Source of the DNA: Pelagomonas calceolata
Lineage: Eukaryota
Assembly: GCA_918797485.1 (NCBI GenBank)
Contig: CAKKNE010000001.1
Span: forward strand, 3,472,001 to 3,536,000
Direction: 5' to 3'
Length of the DNA: 64,000 nucleotides
Shown here: positions 19,566-30,111 of the stretch, piece after piece
How the letters are laid out: every line of letters starts with the position of its first letter
Position numbering within the stretch: position 1 is the first letter of the stretch
The notes under the pieces: model-generated
Seen by the model: only the letters and a program-made list of their open reading frames with translations
Told to the model about the DNA's origin: nothing
Databases searched by the model: none
Made by a program: the position numbers and the translations under genes

Positions 19566-20133
19566 CGTTCTGTTGTTTCCTCTACCTTGCTGGGCTACTG
19601 CTCGGCGACGGACACCGGAGCGAGTGGCAAGGCGCTACAATGTGCTATGTTGTGCTGCGCGTGCTAATAGCGCTCCTTGGCACGACGGCGCTTGTAAAAC
19701 ACTGCCAGCGCACACTCGCTCGAGGCGCAGCGCTGCTGCACGATGGCTATGGCTCTGAATAGCAACTTCACAGACTCCCGCTGAAATAATCGCATAGCGT
19801 CGTAAGGACACTAGCGTCTCGAGAGGGAGCGCGAAAAAGGTTCGGGGACGCATACAGACGCGAACCGACGCCTCCGAGGCCCTAATTTATCGCGCGACCG
19901 AGCTCGCGCAGCGCTTTGCGAGGAGTGGGCAGAGGTTTTACGACGTAGTAGCGACTCGTACGCAAGCCCGAGGGCTGCCCCAACGCGTTTTTGTGCTTTG
20001 TGGCCCAGCAGCTACACGGCGGACCAGCAGAAGCGCCTGGACCCCAGTCCAGCTGGATCCAGTAGTAGTTGTTACTCGGGTCCAGTAGAAGCAACCCGAG
20101 TAACAGCCTCCACGCGATAGAAGCAGTGGAAGG

Positions 20134-21846
20134 ATGGGAGCCGGCGCCTCGGCCCAATTCGGCCCAGCCCTCGACGCGGCGGCGGCCAAGCCCGCCGACG
20201 GCTCCGATCTCAGAGATTTCAACACCGCAAAGGCGGAAGCAGTCCAGCTGCGACGGACGCTCGCGGCGCTGCGGTACCAGGTCAACGCCCAGGGCCAGGG
20301 CGCGACCGCCTGCTTCGAGCACCTCCACGACGGCATGCAGCAGTGGACGCGATACTCGCCCGAACAATCGTGCTTGATCGCCACGGCGCTCGCGGGCAAC
20401 CCCGACGCTATTATACAGCTCCCGGGCCTACCATTTTCGGTAAAATGCGGCCGTAACGCGACGGCCCAAGGCATGCCGGTGGCGCCGGACTCGGGCCTGC
20501 TCCAGGTGAACAACAACTCGGGCGCCTGCCGCATCGTCCGCGTGGCGCTGGGCACGGCGCCGGCCTACGCGCAGAAGACGGCTTCTGGCGCTTTCCAGCC
20601 GCTCACGCCGGCGCAGAACGCGCTCATCGCGTCGGCCGTCGCCTCGGCGCCGCACGGCGGCGCCAAGGCCGTGGGCCCGGGCTTCGAGATCCGCTGGGGT
20701 ACGAATGCTACGACGCCCACGTACCCGCAGCCGCCGCACACGGGTCTGATATTAGTGGGCCCGCAGGGCGGCTCCACGGTGATCCGCGGGCAGTGGGGCC
20801 CGCTGCCCGTCTTCGCCGGAGGCCCGCGCGGGCCGTCCATGCCCCCGGTTTATGGTGGAGGTGGCGGCGCGCCGGCGGCATACGGTGGCGGCGGCCACCC
20901 CTTCGCCGGCGGCGGCGGCCCCGGCTTCGTCGGCCCCGTGCCGGGCCAGCGGCCGGGCGGCGCCGTGCCGGGCCAGGCGCCTGGAGGCCCGGCGCCGGGC
21001 CCGCAGGCGCCGCCGGTCCAGAAGGAGGGGCAGGCGTCGGGCGGCGGCCTGGGCGTCGGTGGGGCTGTGGCAGCGGGCGTCGTCGGCGGCGCCGTCGGCG
21101 CGGGCGTCGTCATGGCGGCGGCCAACCCGGGCGCCATTGTAGACGGCGCTAATGCCGCAAGCCAATGGGCCGGACAGAATATCGCGTCGGACGCGCAAGT
21201 CATCGGCGCTGCGAACGACGTCGCGCAGTGGACGGGCGGCGCCGCGCAGGACGTCGGACAGTGGGGATCGAACGTCGCCGCGCCTGGGATCAACAACGCC
21301 GTATCGGACGTCGGACAATGGGGCTCGAACGTTGCCGCGCCTGGGATCAACAACGCCGTACAGGACGTCGGACAATGGGGCTCGAACGTCGCCGCGCCTG
21401 GGATCAACAACGCCGTATCGGACGTCGGACAATGGGGCTCGAACGTCGCCGCGCCTGGGATCAACAACGCCGTATCGGACGTCGGACAATGGGGCTCGAA
21501 CGTTGCCGCGCCTGGGATCTCAGGGGCCGCAAATGCGGCCGGCGACTGGACCGCGGGCGCCGCGGGCACTGCAGGCGACTGGACGGCGGGCGCGGCGGGC
21601 GACGTCGGACAGTGGACGGCTGGCGCCGCCAACGTTGCCGGCGGTGGTATTGTTAACGCCGCCGACGCGACCGGGGGCGCATTTGCCGTCGCGGGCGACT
21701 GGACCGCAGGCGCTGCAATGGACTCGGGCCAGGCGATCGGCGGCTTCGCCGTCGACGCGGGCCAGGCCATAGGCGGTGTTGGCGGCGATGTCGGCTCGGC
21801 CATCGGCGACGTCGCGGGCGCCATCGGTTCGGCCTTGGGCTTCTGA
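20134..21846 (+). CDS. Myristoylated protein with two WWE-like domains, Gly/Pro linker, hydrophobic segment and Trp-periodic tandem repeats
   Basis: MGAGAS; WTRYSPEQSCLIATAL...QVNNNSGACRIVR plus a second similar unit; repeat tail. Confidence 0.65.
   Translation: MGAGASAQFGPALDAAAAKPADGSDLRDFNTAKAEAVQLRRTLAALRYQVNAQGQGATACFEHLHDGMQQWTRYSPEQSCLIATALAGNPDAIIQLPGLPFSVKCGRNATAQGMPVAPDSGLLQVNNNSGACRIVRVALGTAPAYAQKTASGAFQPLTPAQNALIASAVASAPHGGAKAVGPGFEIRWGTNATTPTYPQPPHTGLILVGPQGGSTVIRGQWGPLPVFAGGPRGPSMPPVYGGGGGAPAAYGGGGHPFAGGGGPGFVGPVPGQRPGGAVPGQAPGGPAPGPQAPPVQKEGQASGGGLGVGGAVAAGVVGGAVGAGVVMAAANPGAIVDGANAASQWAGQNIASDAQVIGAANDVAQWTGGAAQDVGQWGSNVAAPGINNAVSDVGQWGSNVAAPGINNAVQDVGQWGSNVAAPGINNAVSDVGQWGSNVAAPGINNAVSDVGQWGSNVAAPGISGAANAAGDWTAGAAGTAGDWTAGAAGDVGQWTAGAANVAGGGIVNAADATGGAFAVAGDWTAGAAMDSGQAIGGFAVDAGQAIGGVGGDVGSAIGDVAGAIGSALGF
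21250..21519 (+). repeat. 57-bp coding tandem repeat, about 4.7 copies (DVGQWGSNVAAPGINNAVS)
   Basis: Near-identical units start at 21250, 21307, 21364, 21421 and 21478. Confidence 0.95.
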
Positions 21847-21969
21847 GCACCCTTTCCTTCCTCCCTTCGACGTTTCGAAATCCAATAACTTCCTTACTCC
21901 TAGTCGCTGTTGCTGTTCGTCGCCCGAGTTTCCTTCCTCGTCTCCTCAAATAACTACCCTTCCTTACTC

Positions 21970-23703
21970 CTAGTCGCTGTCGTCGCTGTCCGAGCCCGAC
22001 GACGACTCGCCGCCGTCGCCGGAGCCGGAACTGCTGCTGCTGCTGCTGCTATCCTCCTCCTCCTCCTCCTCGTCGTCATCATCCGCCATCTCGTCGTCGG
22101 ACGGGTCGGCCGCGACCGTGCGCCGGGGCACCGCCTCGACGGCTGGCCCGCCGGCCGGCGCCGCGCGCGCCGCCGCCGCGCGCCGCAGCAACAGGTCGAA
22201 CTTGCCCTGGAGCGCCAACAACTTGGGTAACAAATGGACCCGCTCCGCCACGACATGTTGCAAACGGGCAAGTGCGTCGCGCGCGCCAGGGTGGTTCGCC
22301 AAATGGGCAGCGTGGTGCCTCAGCGTGGCCTGGATCCAGGGGACGAGGCGCGGCGCGTCGCGGGGTCTCCTTTCAAGTCGCTCCGCCAGGTTGTTTAAGA
22401 GCGGCAGCGCCGACGCCGCCGGCAGCCTCGATAGCGTCGCCTCGACGACGTCGGGTTCAGTCCTCCTCAAAACCGTGTCCATGAGCCGGTCGTCGCCGCA
22501 GCGCGCCGCCTGATCCAATACTTTCGCCAGCGACGCGGCGTCGCCCTCGGCCGCCGGCCCGCCCCACCTGGATGAATCGGCGGCGTCGCGCGCGGCGGCG
22601 TCCGCCCTCAACCCGGCCTCGTGGCGCCGCGCGAGGGCGTCCATCTCCGCGAGGCGGTCGCCCAGCGACGCGTCTCCACTTTCACTCGCCTCTAACCGCT
22701 GCCGCTTGGCCGCGTGCTGCTGCCTAGCTTCCTCTAACAATGGATCGCCCGAGAGGCTCGCAAATCCTAATACCGGCGGGGCCTTCGTCTTTTTCTTGGA
22801 GGGCTTCTCCGGCGCGGGCGCAGGCGCCACCTTGGGTACTAAACCCGCCACGCGGTCGCCCTCGATCTTGAGCGCCTCGCGCGAACACTTGGGCGGGTCG
22901 CCGCGCGCGACGACCAGGGCATCGCCGGCCACGTGCCGCACGGCGACTGCGGTCCTTGTAGAATCCGGTTCCGATCCTGCGAGCTGCACGCGGCCGTCGG
23001 CCAGCACGGCCGCGCACACGACCACGTCATTTCGGACGAAGCACGCCAGCGAAAGTAGAGGCGCCGCGCAGCGCAGCGTCTCTGATGAATTCGAGACGCA
23101 GTCGTGGACCAGGATCTCGCGCGCATCGGCCGAAGAAGCGACGCGCCTCCCGTCCTTTGTCCACGCGAGGCATCGCACAAAGGTAGCGTGCGCGCCGGGC
23201 AGCGTCCGCCGCTCCGTGCCCTTGACGAGGCGCACGCGGCTCGACGCGACGGCGCAGGCGTCGCCGCTCGACGGGTGGGGCGCTAGAGTTGAAACGCCGC
23301 GCGCGTCGGCGTCGACGTCGTTTGTTGTGCCGTCGAGCGCGAGGCGCCTCACCGTGCGCCGCGGCGCGCCGTCGGGGGTTGTGGTTGCGACCCAGAGCGC
23401 GGCGCCGTCCGCGGCGAAGCGCACCGTCTTCACCGGATCCGATCCCGGCAGCGTCGTCCGAATCACGCCTTTTCTTACGTCCCAGACCGTCACGGAGCCG
23501 TCGGCCGCGCCGCACGCCACCAAGCTCGCGTCGGGCGCCCAGCAGACGCTGCCGTAGCGCTTCGCGGCGCCGTTCCGGGGCGGGACGTACTGGCGCGCCG
23601 GCGTCCGGCCGTCGCCGGCGTGCAGCGTCAGGCGCGCGGCGGCTATTGTTGCTATGGTCTTGCCGTCGGGGCTGATTGCTATTGCCGCTTGTTGTTCGGC
23701 CAT
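21970..23703 (-). CDS. UTP5: U3 snoRNP/SSU processome WD40 protein Utp5/WDR43
   Basis: N-terminal WD40 repeats; Utp12-type domain (SLAKVLDQA..D..L, TLSRLP, WIQATLRHH, LLALQGKFDLL); acidic tail. Confidence 0.8.
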   Translation of the reverse strand: MAEQQAAIAISPDGKTIATIAAARLTLHAGDGRTPARQYVPPRNGAAKRYGSVCWAPDASLVACGAADGSVTVWDVRKGVIRTTLPGSDPVKTVRFAADGAALWVATTTPDGAPRRTVRRLALDGTTNDVDADARGVSTLAPHPSSGDACAVASSRVRLVKGTERRTLPGAHATFVRCLAWTKDGRRVASSADAREILVHDCVSNSSETLRCAAPLLSLACFVRNDVVVCAAVLADGRVQLAGSEPDSTRTAVAVRHVAGDALVVARGDPPKCSREALKIEGDRVAGLVPKVAPAPAPEKPSKKKTKAPPVLGFASLSGDPLLEEARQQHAAKRQRLEASESGDASLGDRLAEMDALARRHEAGLRADAAARDAADSSRWGGPAAEGDAASLAKVLDQAARCGDDRLMDTVLRRTEPDVVEATLSRLPAASALPLLNNLAERLERRPRDAPRLVPWIQATLRHHAAHLANHPGARDALARLQHVVAERVHLLPKLLALQGKFDLLLRRAAAARAAPAGGPAVEAVPRRTVAADPSDDEMADDDDEEEEEEDSSSSSSSSGSGDGGESSSGSDSDDSD

Positions 23704-24203
23704 CGCTGCACGCTGCACGCTGGGTGGTGCTCTCCCAGCGATGAGAGGCTGCAACTTTTGCGAGATGCCGCGCGTGCGTCTCCCGTTGTGCCGCAGCACT
23801 CTATAGCGAAATTTGGTATCCAAAACGGATTCGCAGACCTCAGTGCGCAGCGCGGGGAGTCCTCTCGCTGCCTCTTCAGCTGCCTTTAAGGCTAGTATCG
23901 GTGTGCCGCTAGGCTTCGAAATATAGTGAGAGAGTTACGTCGCCTTTGGTGCCCGTAGCGGGACAGTCTGGCCGAGCCCACGGCGCTGCACGCGCGCACT
24001 TGTCCAACTGTACCCTATTCGTGCAGCTCGTGAAGCACGGATCCTTGGCGACCCAGGTGCTGTCTAGCTAAGTGCTGCACTCCCTGCACGCCTGCAAATA
24101 CCAAAGCAGTCGCTGTCTCGAAGCGCGACGGCCGCATCCCTTGACTGCATTGATCAGTAGCACAGTTGCTCTACGCCGGCGCCGCGATACAACCAGCGGA
24201 AAG

Positions 24204-24668
24204 ATGGCGCAACCGGGCGTCCTCATGAAGGTCGGCGGCCTCCTCGTGAAGACGCTGGCCAAGCCCGTCGCGCGCCAGCTGAAAGTGGACGCGGAGCACG
24301 TGGGCTGGCTTCGCGAGGCCTGCACGTCCATCGGCCAGACCACGAACTACCTCACGAGCCGCCTGACGCACGCGTCGTCGTTAGATAAATGGAAGAAGCC
24401 ATATAAACATATCGAACTGAAGGCCACCGAAGCTAGAGAGAAGGGCGCGGAGATCGTCTCCGAGGGCTTCGTGCTGACCGTGGCTGTTACTGTGATGGGC
24501 TACGAGTACAACCGCCAGAACAACTACAAGGAGGCGGCGGCGCGGCGGAAGGAGGAGAAGGAGGCCGAGCGGCGCGCCGACGTCGAGGCGCGGCTCGAAA
24601 GGCTCGAGGCCTTGCTTGCAGAGCTCAAGCCGCCGCCCGAGACGAAGCGGAGGCGCTGGTGGTCGTAA
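24204..24668 (+). CDS. OPA3: OPA3-like mitochondrial protein
   Basis: KVGGLLVKTLAKPVA, GAEIVSEGFV, EY.R followed by coiled coil. Confidence 0.85.
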   Translation: MAQPGVLMKVGGLLVKTLAKPVARQLKVDAEHVGWLREACTSIGQTTNYLTSRLTHASSLDKWKKPYKHIELKATEAREKGAEIVSEGFVLTVAVTVMGYEYNRQNNYKEAAARRKEEKEAERRADVEARLERLEALLAELKPPPETKRRRWWS

Positions 24669-24683
24669 ATTATTGTTGTTAAA

Positions 24684-26261
24684 TCACAGGGGCCCGCACG
24701 AGTGCTTCCTTGGCAAATTCGGCCGCTCTTTATGCCGCAGCACTTCCAAATCGGCGATGAGCCGCGGTCGCGTTTCTGACGGCTCGAGCACGGCGTCGAC
24801 AAAGCCCCGCTTCGCCGCCAGCAAGGGATTCGCGAAGCGCGCCGCGTACGCGTCGGCCTTTGCCACACGCTCTTCATCACTGACCCCTCGATGTAAAATC
24901 TCGGCCGCGCCGGCGGCGCCCATGACCGCGATTTCGGACGACGGCCAGGCGTAGTTCGCGTCGCCCCTCAAGTGTTTCGAGGACATAACATCATAGGCGC
25001 CGCCATAAGCTTTTCGGGTGATGACCGTGAGTTTTGGTACGGACGCTTCCGCATAAGCAAAGAGCAGTTTCGCACCATGCCTGATGATGCCGCCGTGCTC
25101 CTGGGCCACGCCCGGTAGAAAGCCCGGCACGTCCACAAACGTGACCAAAGGTATCTGAAACGCGTCGCAGAAGCGCACGAAGCGAGCCGCTTTCGTCGAG
25201 GCGTCCGCGTCGAGACAACCCGCGAGGTGCCGCGGGTCGTTCGCCACGACGCCAATCACCCTCCCATTCAAGCGCGCGAAGGCCGTGATGATATTTGAGG
25301 CGTAGTCCTCACTTAATATGAGTAAAGAATGACCATCAACAACTCTTTTGACGACCTCGCGCATGTCGTACGACTGGTTCGGGTCGTCGGGGATGATCGT
25401 GTTGAGGGCTGCGTCGCACCGATCCGGATCATCGTAGGGCAACACGTCGGGGTTCTCGCCATCATACGACTGGGGCAGATACCCCAAAAGTGTTCGAGTC
25501 GCCTTCAGAGCCGCCAGGTCGTCGTCGAAGGCGCCGTGCGCGACGCCCGACTTGCTGCAATGGACGTCGGCGCCGCCTAAGTCGTTCCGCGTCACGACTT
25601 CGTTCGTGACCGCTTTTACCACATCAGGACCGGTGACGAACATGTAGGCTTGCCTTGACATGAACAGAAAGTCGGTCATTGCTGGTGAATAGACGGCGCC
25701 GCCCGCGCAGGGCCCCAACACTAAGGATAACTGAGGTACGATGCCCGACGCGTCCACGTTCCTCTGGAAGACGTCGGCGTAGCCGGCTAAAGATAAAACT
25801 CCTTCTTGTATGCGCGCGCCTCCGGAATCCGATAATCCTATGATAGGACAGCGGCAGTGCAGCGCGCGCTCCATGACCTTCACGATCTTCGCGGCGTGTG
25901 CCTCGCCCAGCGAGCCGCCGAAGACCGTAAAATCCTGCGAGAACACACAAACGGGCCGGCCGTGCACGGTCCCAAACCCCGCGACGACGCCGTCGCCCGG
26001 AGGGGCTTTGTCGGATTCTAATCCAAAGTCGTCGCAGCGATGCGACGCCAAGGCGTCGATTTCTCTAAATGATTCCGTGTCTAAGAGCACGTCTAAACGT
26101 TCGCGCGCGGTCAGCTTGCCCTTGGCGTGCTGCGCTTCTATCCTGTCAATGCCGCCGCCGTCGATCGATGCCTTTTCCAGTGATGCTATTTCCTGTCGTA
26201 CGGCGGCGCGTGCTGCGGCGCTGGAGGTGTGGCGGCGCAGGAGTTGGGTGGCTCGGCGCAT
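24684..26261 (-). CDS. PCCB: Propionyl-CoA carboxylase beta chain, mitochondrial
   Basis: QHAKGKLTARER, DSGGARIQEG, GPCAGGAVYSPA, KAYGGAYDVMSSKH. Confidence 0.95.
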   Translation of the reverse strand: MRRATQLLRRHTSSAAARAAVRQEIASLEKASIDGGGIDRIEAQHAKGKLTARERLDVLLDTESFREIDALASHRCDDFGLESDKAPPGDGVVAGFGTVHGRPVCVFSQDFTVFGGSLGEAHAAKIVKVMERALHCRCPIIGLSDSGGARIQEGVLSLAGYADVFQRNVDASGIVPQLSLVLGPCAGGAVYSPAMTDFLFMSRQAYMFVTGPDVVKAVTNEVVTRNDLGGADVHCSKSGVAHGAFDDDLAALKATRTLLGYLPQSYDGENPDVLPYDDPDRCDAALNTIIPDDPNQSYDMREVVKRVVDGHSLLILSEDYASNIITAFARLNGRVIGVVANDPRHLAGCLDADASTKAARFVRFCDAFQIPLVTFVDVPGFLPGVAQEHGGIIRHGAKLLFAYAEASVPKLTVITRKAYGGAYDVMSSKHLRGDANYAWPSSEIAVMGAAGAAEILHRGVSDEERVAKADAYAARFANPLLAAKRGFVDAVLEPSETRPRLIADLEVLRHKERPNLPRKHSCGPL

Positions 26262-26541
26262 CCTGCAGCCCGTGGCGCCTCGCGCGTATATTTGCAGCTT
26301 ATTAGTTACTGCAATTGCTTGACGCGCACAAGGCCTATCAATCCCTTACGTAGCCGCATAACATTCGGCTGGGCATTCCTAGTGTGTCAACGACGCTAGT
26401 CTGCTCTCCGATTTGGGCCGTGGTGCACGAGTACACATCGGTTTGCACGCACGGAGCATCTCTCGTGCTGTTTTTGAGCGGCCCCAAAACGACTTGGCGC
26501 AACACAGCCAGCTCCACATCGATCTGACTGCACACTACAAC

Positions 26542-27123
26542 ATGCTGCGTGTCACACTCATCGTGTGCGTCTCGCAATGCGCATTAGGCTTCGCCCCGCC
26601 AGCAGCACCACGCGTCGGCCTCGCGAGGCACGCGGCGCCGGCCCGCGAGCCGTTTGAGTGCGAGGTGGACCTCGAGGCCGGCGAACCGGTAAAAATCCAG
26701 ATCACGCCGACGATGAGCGACTCGGAGCTCGTCGTGGCGCAGTATCCTCTTCCCTTCTTCATCGACATCGAGAATCGGGCGCAGCTGGGAGCCGTCGTCA
26801 CGAAGGACGGCAGCGAACAGCAGAACAAGGGCGTCGAGCGCGTGGGCGACCGCCTGCGCGCGTTCACGTACTACGAATACGGCGCCGCGCCCAGCGACGG
26901 CGGCGGCGTGCTGACGATGTTCAATTCTTTCAGCGGCGCCGGCTACTCGTGGAATCGCCAGCTCTTCGACGCGACGTTCGTGTCCTGGGAGAGCTCCCTG
27001 GAGAAGCTCGTCACGAACGAGCCCCGACGGACGGACTCCGTGACGATGGTCTTCGAGCGACCCGTAGCGCCTGCGCCGGCGCAGGCGGCCGAGCCCGCGG
27101 CCACGGCGCCACCCGCCGAATAA
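26542..27123 (+). CDS. Plastid-targeted hypothetical protein, possibly degenerate PDZ-like
   Basis: Signal peptide + ALG-FAP; VGDRLRAF...VTMVFERP. Confidence 0.6.
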   Translation: MLRVTLIVCVSQCALGFAPPAAPRVGLARHAAPAREPFECEVDLEAGEPVKIQITPTMSDSELVVAQYPLPFFIDIENRAQLGAVVTKDGSEQQNKGVERVGDRLRAFTYYEYGAAPSDGGGVLTMFNSFSGAGYSWNRQLFDATFVSWESSLEKLVTNEPRRTDSVTMVFERPVAPAPAQAAEPAATAPPAE

Positions 27124-27211
27124 GAGCAGGATAGTATCTATCTATACGCACCCCTCCCCGTACGAAGACCTGGCACGAGCTCCGAAACGCGGCCTCCAGG
27201 GCTCCCGCGTA

Positions 27212-27234
27212 GCTAGCGGCTGTCAGACACTAGC
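27212..27234 (+). promoter_or_regulatory. Bipartite CTAG upstream motif
   Basis: GCTAGCGGCTGTCAGACACTAGC upstream of ATG 27302. Confidence 0.55.
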
Positions 27235-27301
27235 AACTGCCTCGGCACGATGATGCTGCCCCGCAGTGCTAGCATGCATAGCATAAGCCAGCCGCGGCAG
27301 C

Positions 27302-28324
27302 ATGCGCCCGCTCCTCATGCTGATTGGGCTGCTCCACACAAGTGCCAAGACCATGTACCGAAACGCACTACAAATTAATAGAGAACGGAACGCGTCGTGG
27401 TACTACGGCCCGCTCGGACTTGAGAACATAGAAGCAACCATTGCCTTCATCGGCGACTCGACGCACCGGAACCAGCTTCAGTTTTTGTGCGACGTGCTGG
27501 GCACGCAGCCGCGCGACATCGCGACGGGCACGTCGTCCACTGGTTTAATGTGTTCTGGTAAAGGCATCACGGTGGCGCTCAAGGTCTTTGATGGGGACTC
27601 GGACCCCTGGTCGATGCGTTCCATGCGCTCCGTGCTGCGGAATTTAGCAAGGGGCGCTTCCGTGAAGAGGTGGGACGTCGTGTACTTTGGCTCTACGTCA
27701 TTACACATGCTCCAGCTGCTACCTCTGATCAAGTGGCGCGGCTGGCCCGCCGCGCGCGACTTGGGGAGAGAGCTCGCGAAGGCTGTGGATGCCGTATCAA
27801 CAGTGGGGGCCTGCCCGGTCTTCATGACGGGCCACTGGTTGTGCTCGCGCGAGTTCCTGAAGCGGCGCGACGAGAGCGAGGCGGGTGAGTTTCCTACGGG
27901 AGACTGGGATCTGGTTCAATTGACACGGTTCCTTGATGATGTAAATAACCCGTGGGCCGCGCGCAAGGCCGCGATTTTGCGAATTGCCGCGAAGAACACT
28001 TCTTATTACACCAGGGAGTGCGCCGCCATCACGTCGGATCAGGACGAGGCCGCCGCCTGCTCTAAACTATCCTTCGACGCGGCGGGCTCGGCCCACGCCG
28101 CGGCCCTCGAACAGAAAGCCCTCTCTGGACTTTCTACGCCGGTCCGCGTCGTCGACGCGCACGCGCTGACGCGGGAGCAGTGCTGGGCGACGCAGCGCGA
28201 CGGCGTCCACTACCTGCCGCTGCTCCCTTCTCGTCTTTCCGCGCTGACGGCCCACGTTGTTGATTGTTTACGCGAGCAACGGCTGCCGTTCCGGCGCTTC
28301 CATCGGAGTAGTGAACACACATAA
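27302..28324 (+). CDS. Secreted SGNH/GDSL-like esterase or acyltransferase
   Basis: Signal peptide; IAFIGDSTHR and C-terminal DGVHY. Confidence 0.65.
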   Translation: MRPLLMLIGLLHTSAKTMYRNALQINRERNASWYYGPLGLENIEATIAFIGDSTHRNQLQFLCDVLGTQPRDIATGTSSTGLMCSGKGITVALKVFDGDSDPWSMRSMRSVLRNLARGASVKRWDVVYFGSTSLHMLQLLPLIKWRGWPAARDLGRELAKAVDAVSTVGACPVFMTGHWLCSREFLKRRDESEAGEFPTGDWDLVQLTRFLDDVNNPWAARKAAILRIAAKNTSYYTRECAAITSDQDEAAACSKLSFDAAGSAHAAALEQKALSGLSTPVRVVDAHALTREQCWATQRDGVHYLPLLPSRLSALTAHVVDCLREQRLPFRRFHRSSEHT

Positions 28325-28325
28325 C

Positions 28326-29033
28326 TTAGCTTTCTACACACGGAATTGCCGGCGCGTCCGCCGCGAAGGGCCCTATCACGTCCCAGTGCCAGCCCAGGTC
28401 GGCCGCGGCCCGCCGGTGGCAGGACCAGCGCGGGTCCGCGGGGCGGTCGGCCGCCGGCGAAAAGGCGAGTCCCACGACGCCGGCGTTCGGCGCGTCGGCG
28501 TCTGATAAAGCCGCGATCGTGCCCCAGTGGCACACGACCGCTATTCTCTTGTCCGCGCCGCGGTCGGCCCGCGCGCATAGATCGTTTACGAGAGCGAGCG
28601 TGGCCGCGGCGCTTCGCCGTCCGAGCCACCGCTTACTCGCCCTTGCCTCGCCAGCGGGATCCCAGTGCTCCGACGGCGCGCCGACGGCGGCCTCGATCGT
28701 GGCCGTCGATAGGCCGTGGGATGGGAGGTCGGCCAGGTCCGGCAGCAGGTCGGCGGCGAGGCGGCCGCGGTTCTGCTTGTGCACCCACCAGTGTTCCCGC
28801 GCGGCGGCGCAGACCTCCCACCTGCTGCAGTTGCACGCGCCGAGCGCGCGCGCCGCGGTCGCGACACAGCGGAGCATCGGCGACACCAGAATCGCGTCGA
28901 GCGACCAACCCGCCGCGCGGTCGCGCCACGCGTCGGCCTGCGCCACGCCCGTGGCCGTGAGTGCTGGGTCCTCGACGTCGTCTCCCACATTGCTCGTCGA
29001 CTCGGCGTGTCGCAGTAGCAAGACTAGGAGCAT
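28326..29033 (-). CDS. Histidine phosphatase (phosphoglycerate mutase family)
   Basis: LLRHAESTSN, DPALTATGVAQA, VSPMLRCVATA, VVCHWGTI. Confidence 0.85.
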   Translation of the reverse strand: MLLVLLLRHAESTSNVGDDVEDPALTATGVAQADAWRDRAAGWSLDAILVSPMLRCVATAARALGACNCSRWEVCAAAREHWWVHKQNRGRLAADLLPDLADLPSHGLSTATIEAAVGAPSEHWDPAGEARASKRWLGRRSAAATLALVNDLCARADRGADKRIAVVCHWGTIAALSDADAPNAGVVGLAFSPAADRPADPRWSCHRRAAADLGWHWDVIGPFAADAPAIPCVES

Positions 29034-29157
29034 TGTGTGCGGGCGAACGGATGCTAGTGCTGCGTCTTGTGTTATGATTGGCTGTAGACGAGCGTTTTTT
29101 CGATCGATTATTGCGCGTGGTGCGCGCACGGCCGCCTCCAAAAGTCTCAGGCTGCAA

Positions 29158-29181
29158 GCTAGTGTCTTACATCACGCTAGC
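29158..29181 (-). promoter_or_regulatory. Bipartite CTAG upstream motif
   Basis: Plus strand GCTAGTGTCTTACATCACGCTAGC between divergent genes. Confidence 0.6.
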
Positions 29182-29280
29182 ATGCCGACTGTTTTTCCAG
29201 TTAGGCTGTGTTAGGCTAGTCTAGGCCCCCGCCCGCCCGTGGACGCGCGCCGGAGATTATCCCGACTCTGCTTTGAGCGC

Positions 29281-30111
29281 ATGGCGGAGACAGGGAGCGG
29301 TGACGATTCGGATCAATGGGACCCGAACTCAATTCAGGAGGCCGCTAGGACTTGTAATGTAAGACAGATGCGACGCGCGCTCGCTATAGCTGGAGTTTCG
29401 CCCAATATTATGCGCGACGGCCAGCCGCTTATCATCCTTTTATCTAGCAGGCTCCACCCGAATCAACGTCTCGGTACTGACCCGAAAGCCCGGTTAGCGT
29501 GCCTCGACCTGCTCCGACAAGAGCCGGACTTTGACGTGAATTTGCCTGACCGGGCTGGAGATCGGGCCATTCACTACTTAGCAGGTCATGCTGCATCACG
29601 CGATGACGTGGAATTCATGCAAGCGGTCGTGGACGCGGGGGCCGACGTGAATGCGACCGGCCAGCACTCTCGAACGGCCATGCATTGGTCGTCGGCCCAC
29701 GGCGGTCCGATCGGTGCCACCAAAGTAGACCTGCTCATCAGAGCCGGCGCCTCGGTGACGGCGATAGATGTGTTTGGTGACACGCCGTTAAGTCTCGCAA
29801 TTTCTGAGGCTGAAGGATGTCTCGGTCGGGATCTCGCCGCCATACGACGTGTCTACCCTGTCTTGCTCGCTGCCGGTGCCGCGCTCCCCGCCGAAGCGAG
29901 CGACCCATACCTCCAGCGCGTGATCGAGGCGGGCTCGTTCGCCAACTACGCGCGTCTTCATTTAGACAGACTCACTGCGATGCTGACGCCAAAGCCGGCC
30001 CCCGCCGATGGGCAGCGACGTTCGCGACGACGCCTCTCTCCCCTCCGACGCGTCCCGCCCGAGGTCCTCCGGCGAATTGTCGCCTTCGCGTTTCACGTGG
30101 GGTACTACTAA
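29281..30111 (+). CDS. Ankyrin-repeat protein with C-terminal F-box-like motif
   Basis: About 4 ankyrin repeats (GADVNA, GDTPLSLA); tail LRRVPPEVLRRIVAFAFHVGYY. Confidence 0.8.
   Translation: MAETGSGDDSDQWDPNSIQEAARTCNVRQMRRALAIAGVSPNIMRDGQPLIILLSSRLHPNQRLGTDPKARLACLDLLRQEPDFDVNLPDRAGDRAIHYLAGHAASRDDVEFMQAVVDAGADVNATGQHSRTAMHWSSAHGGPIGATKVDLLIRAGASVTAIDVFGDTPLSLAISEAEGCLGRDLAAIRRVYPVLLAAGAALPAEASDPYLQRVIEAGSFANYARLHLDRLTAMLTPKPAPADGQRRSRRRLSPLRRVPPEVLRRIVAFAFHVGYY

Noticed and set aside
21250..21519. 57-bp repeats as a CRISPR array
   Set aside because: Head-to-tail units with no unique spacers, length a multiple of 3, inside a eukaryotic CDS.
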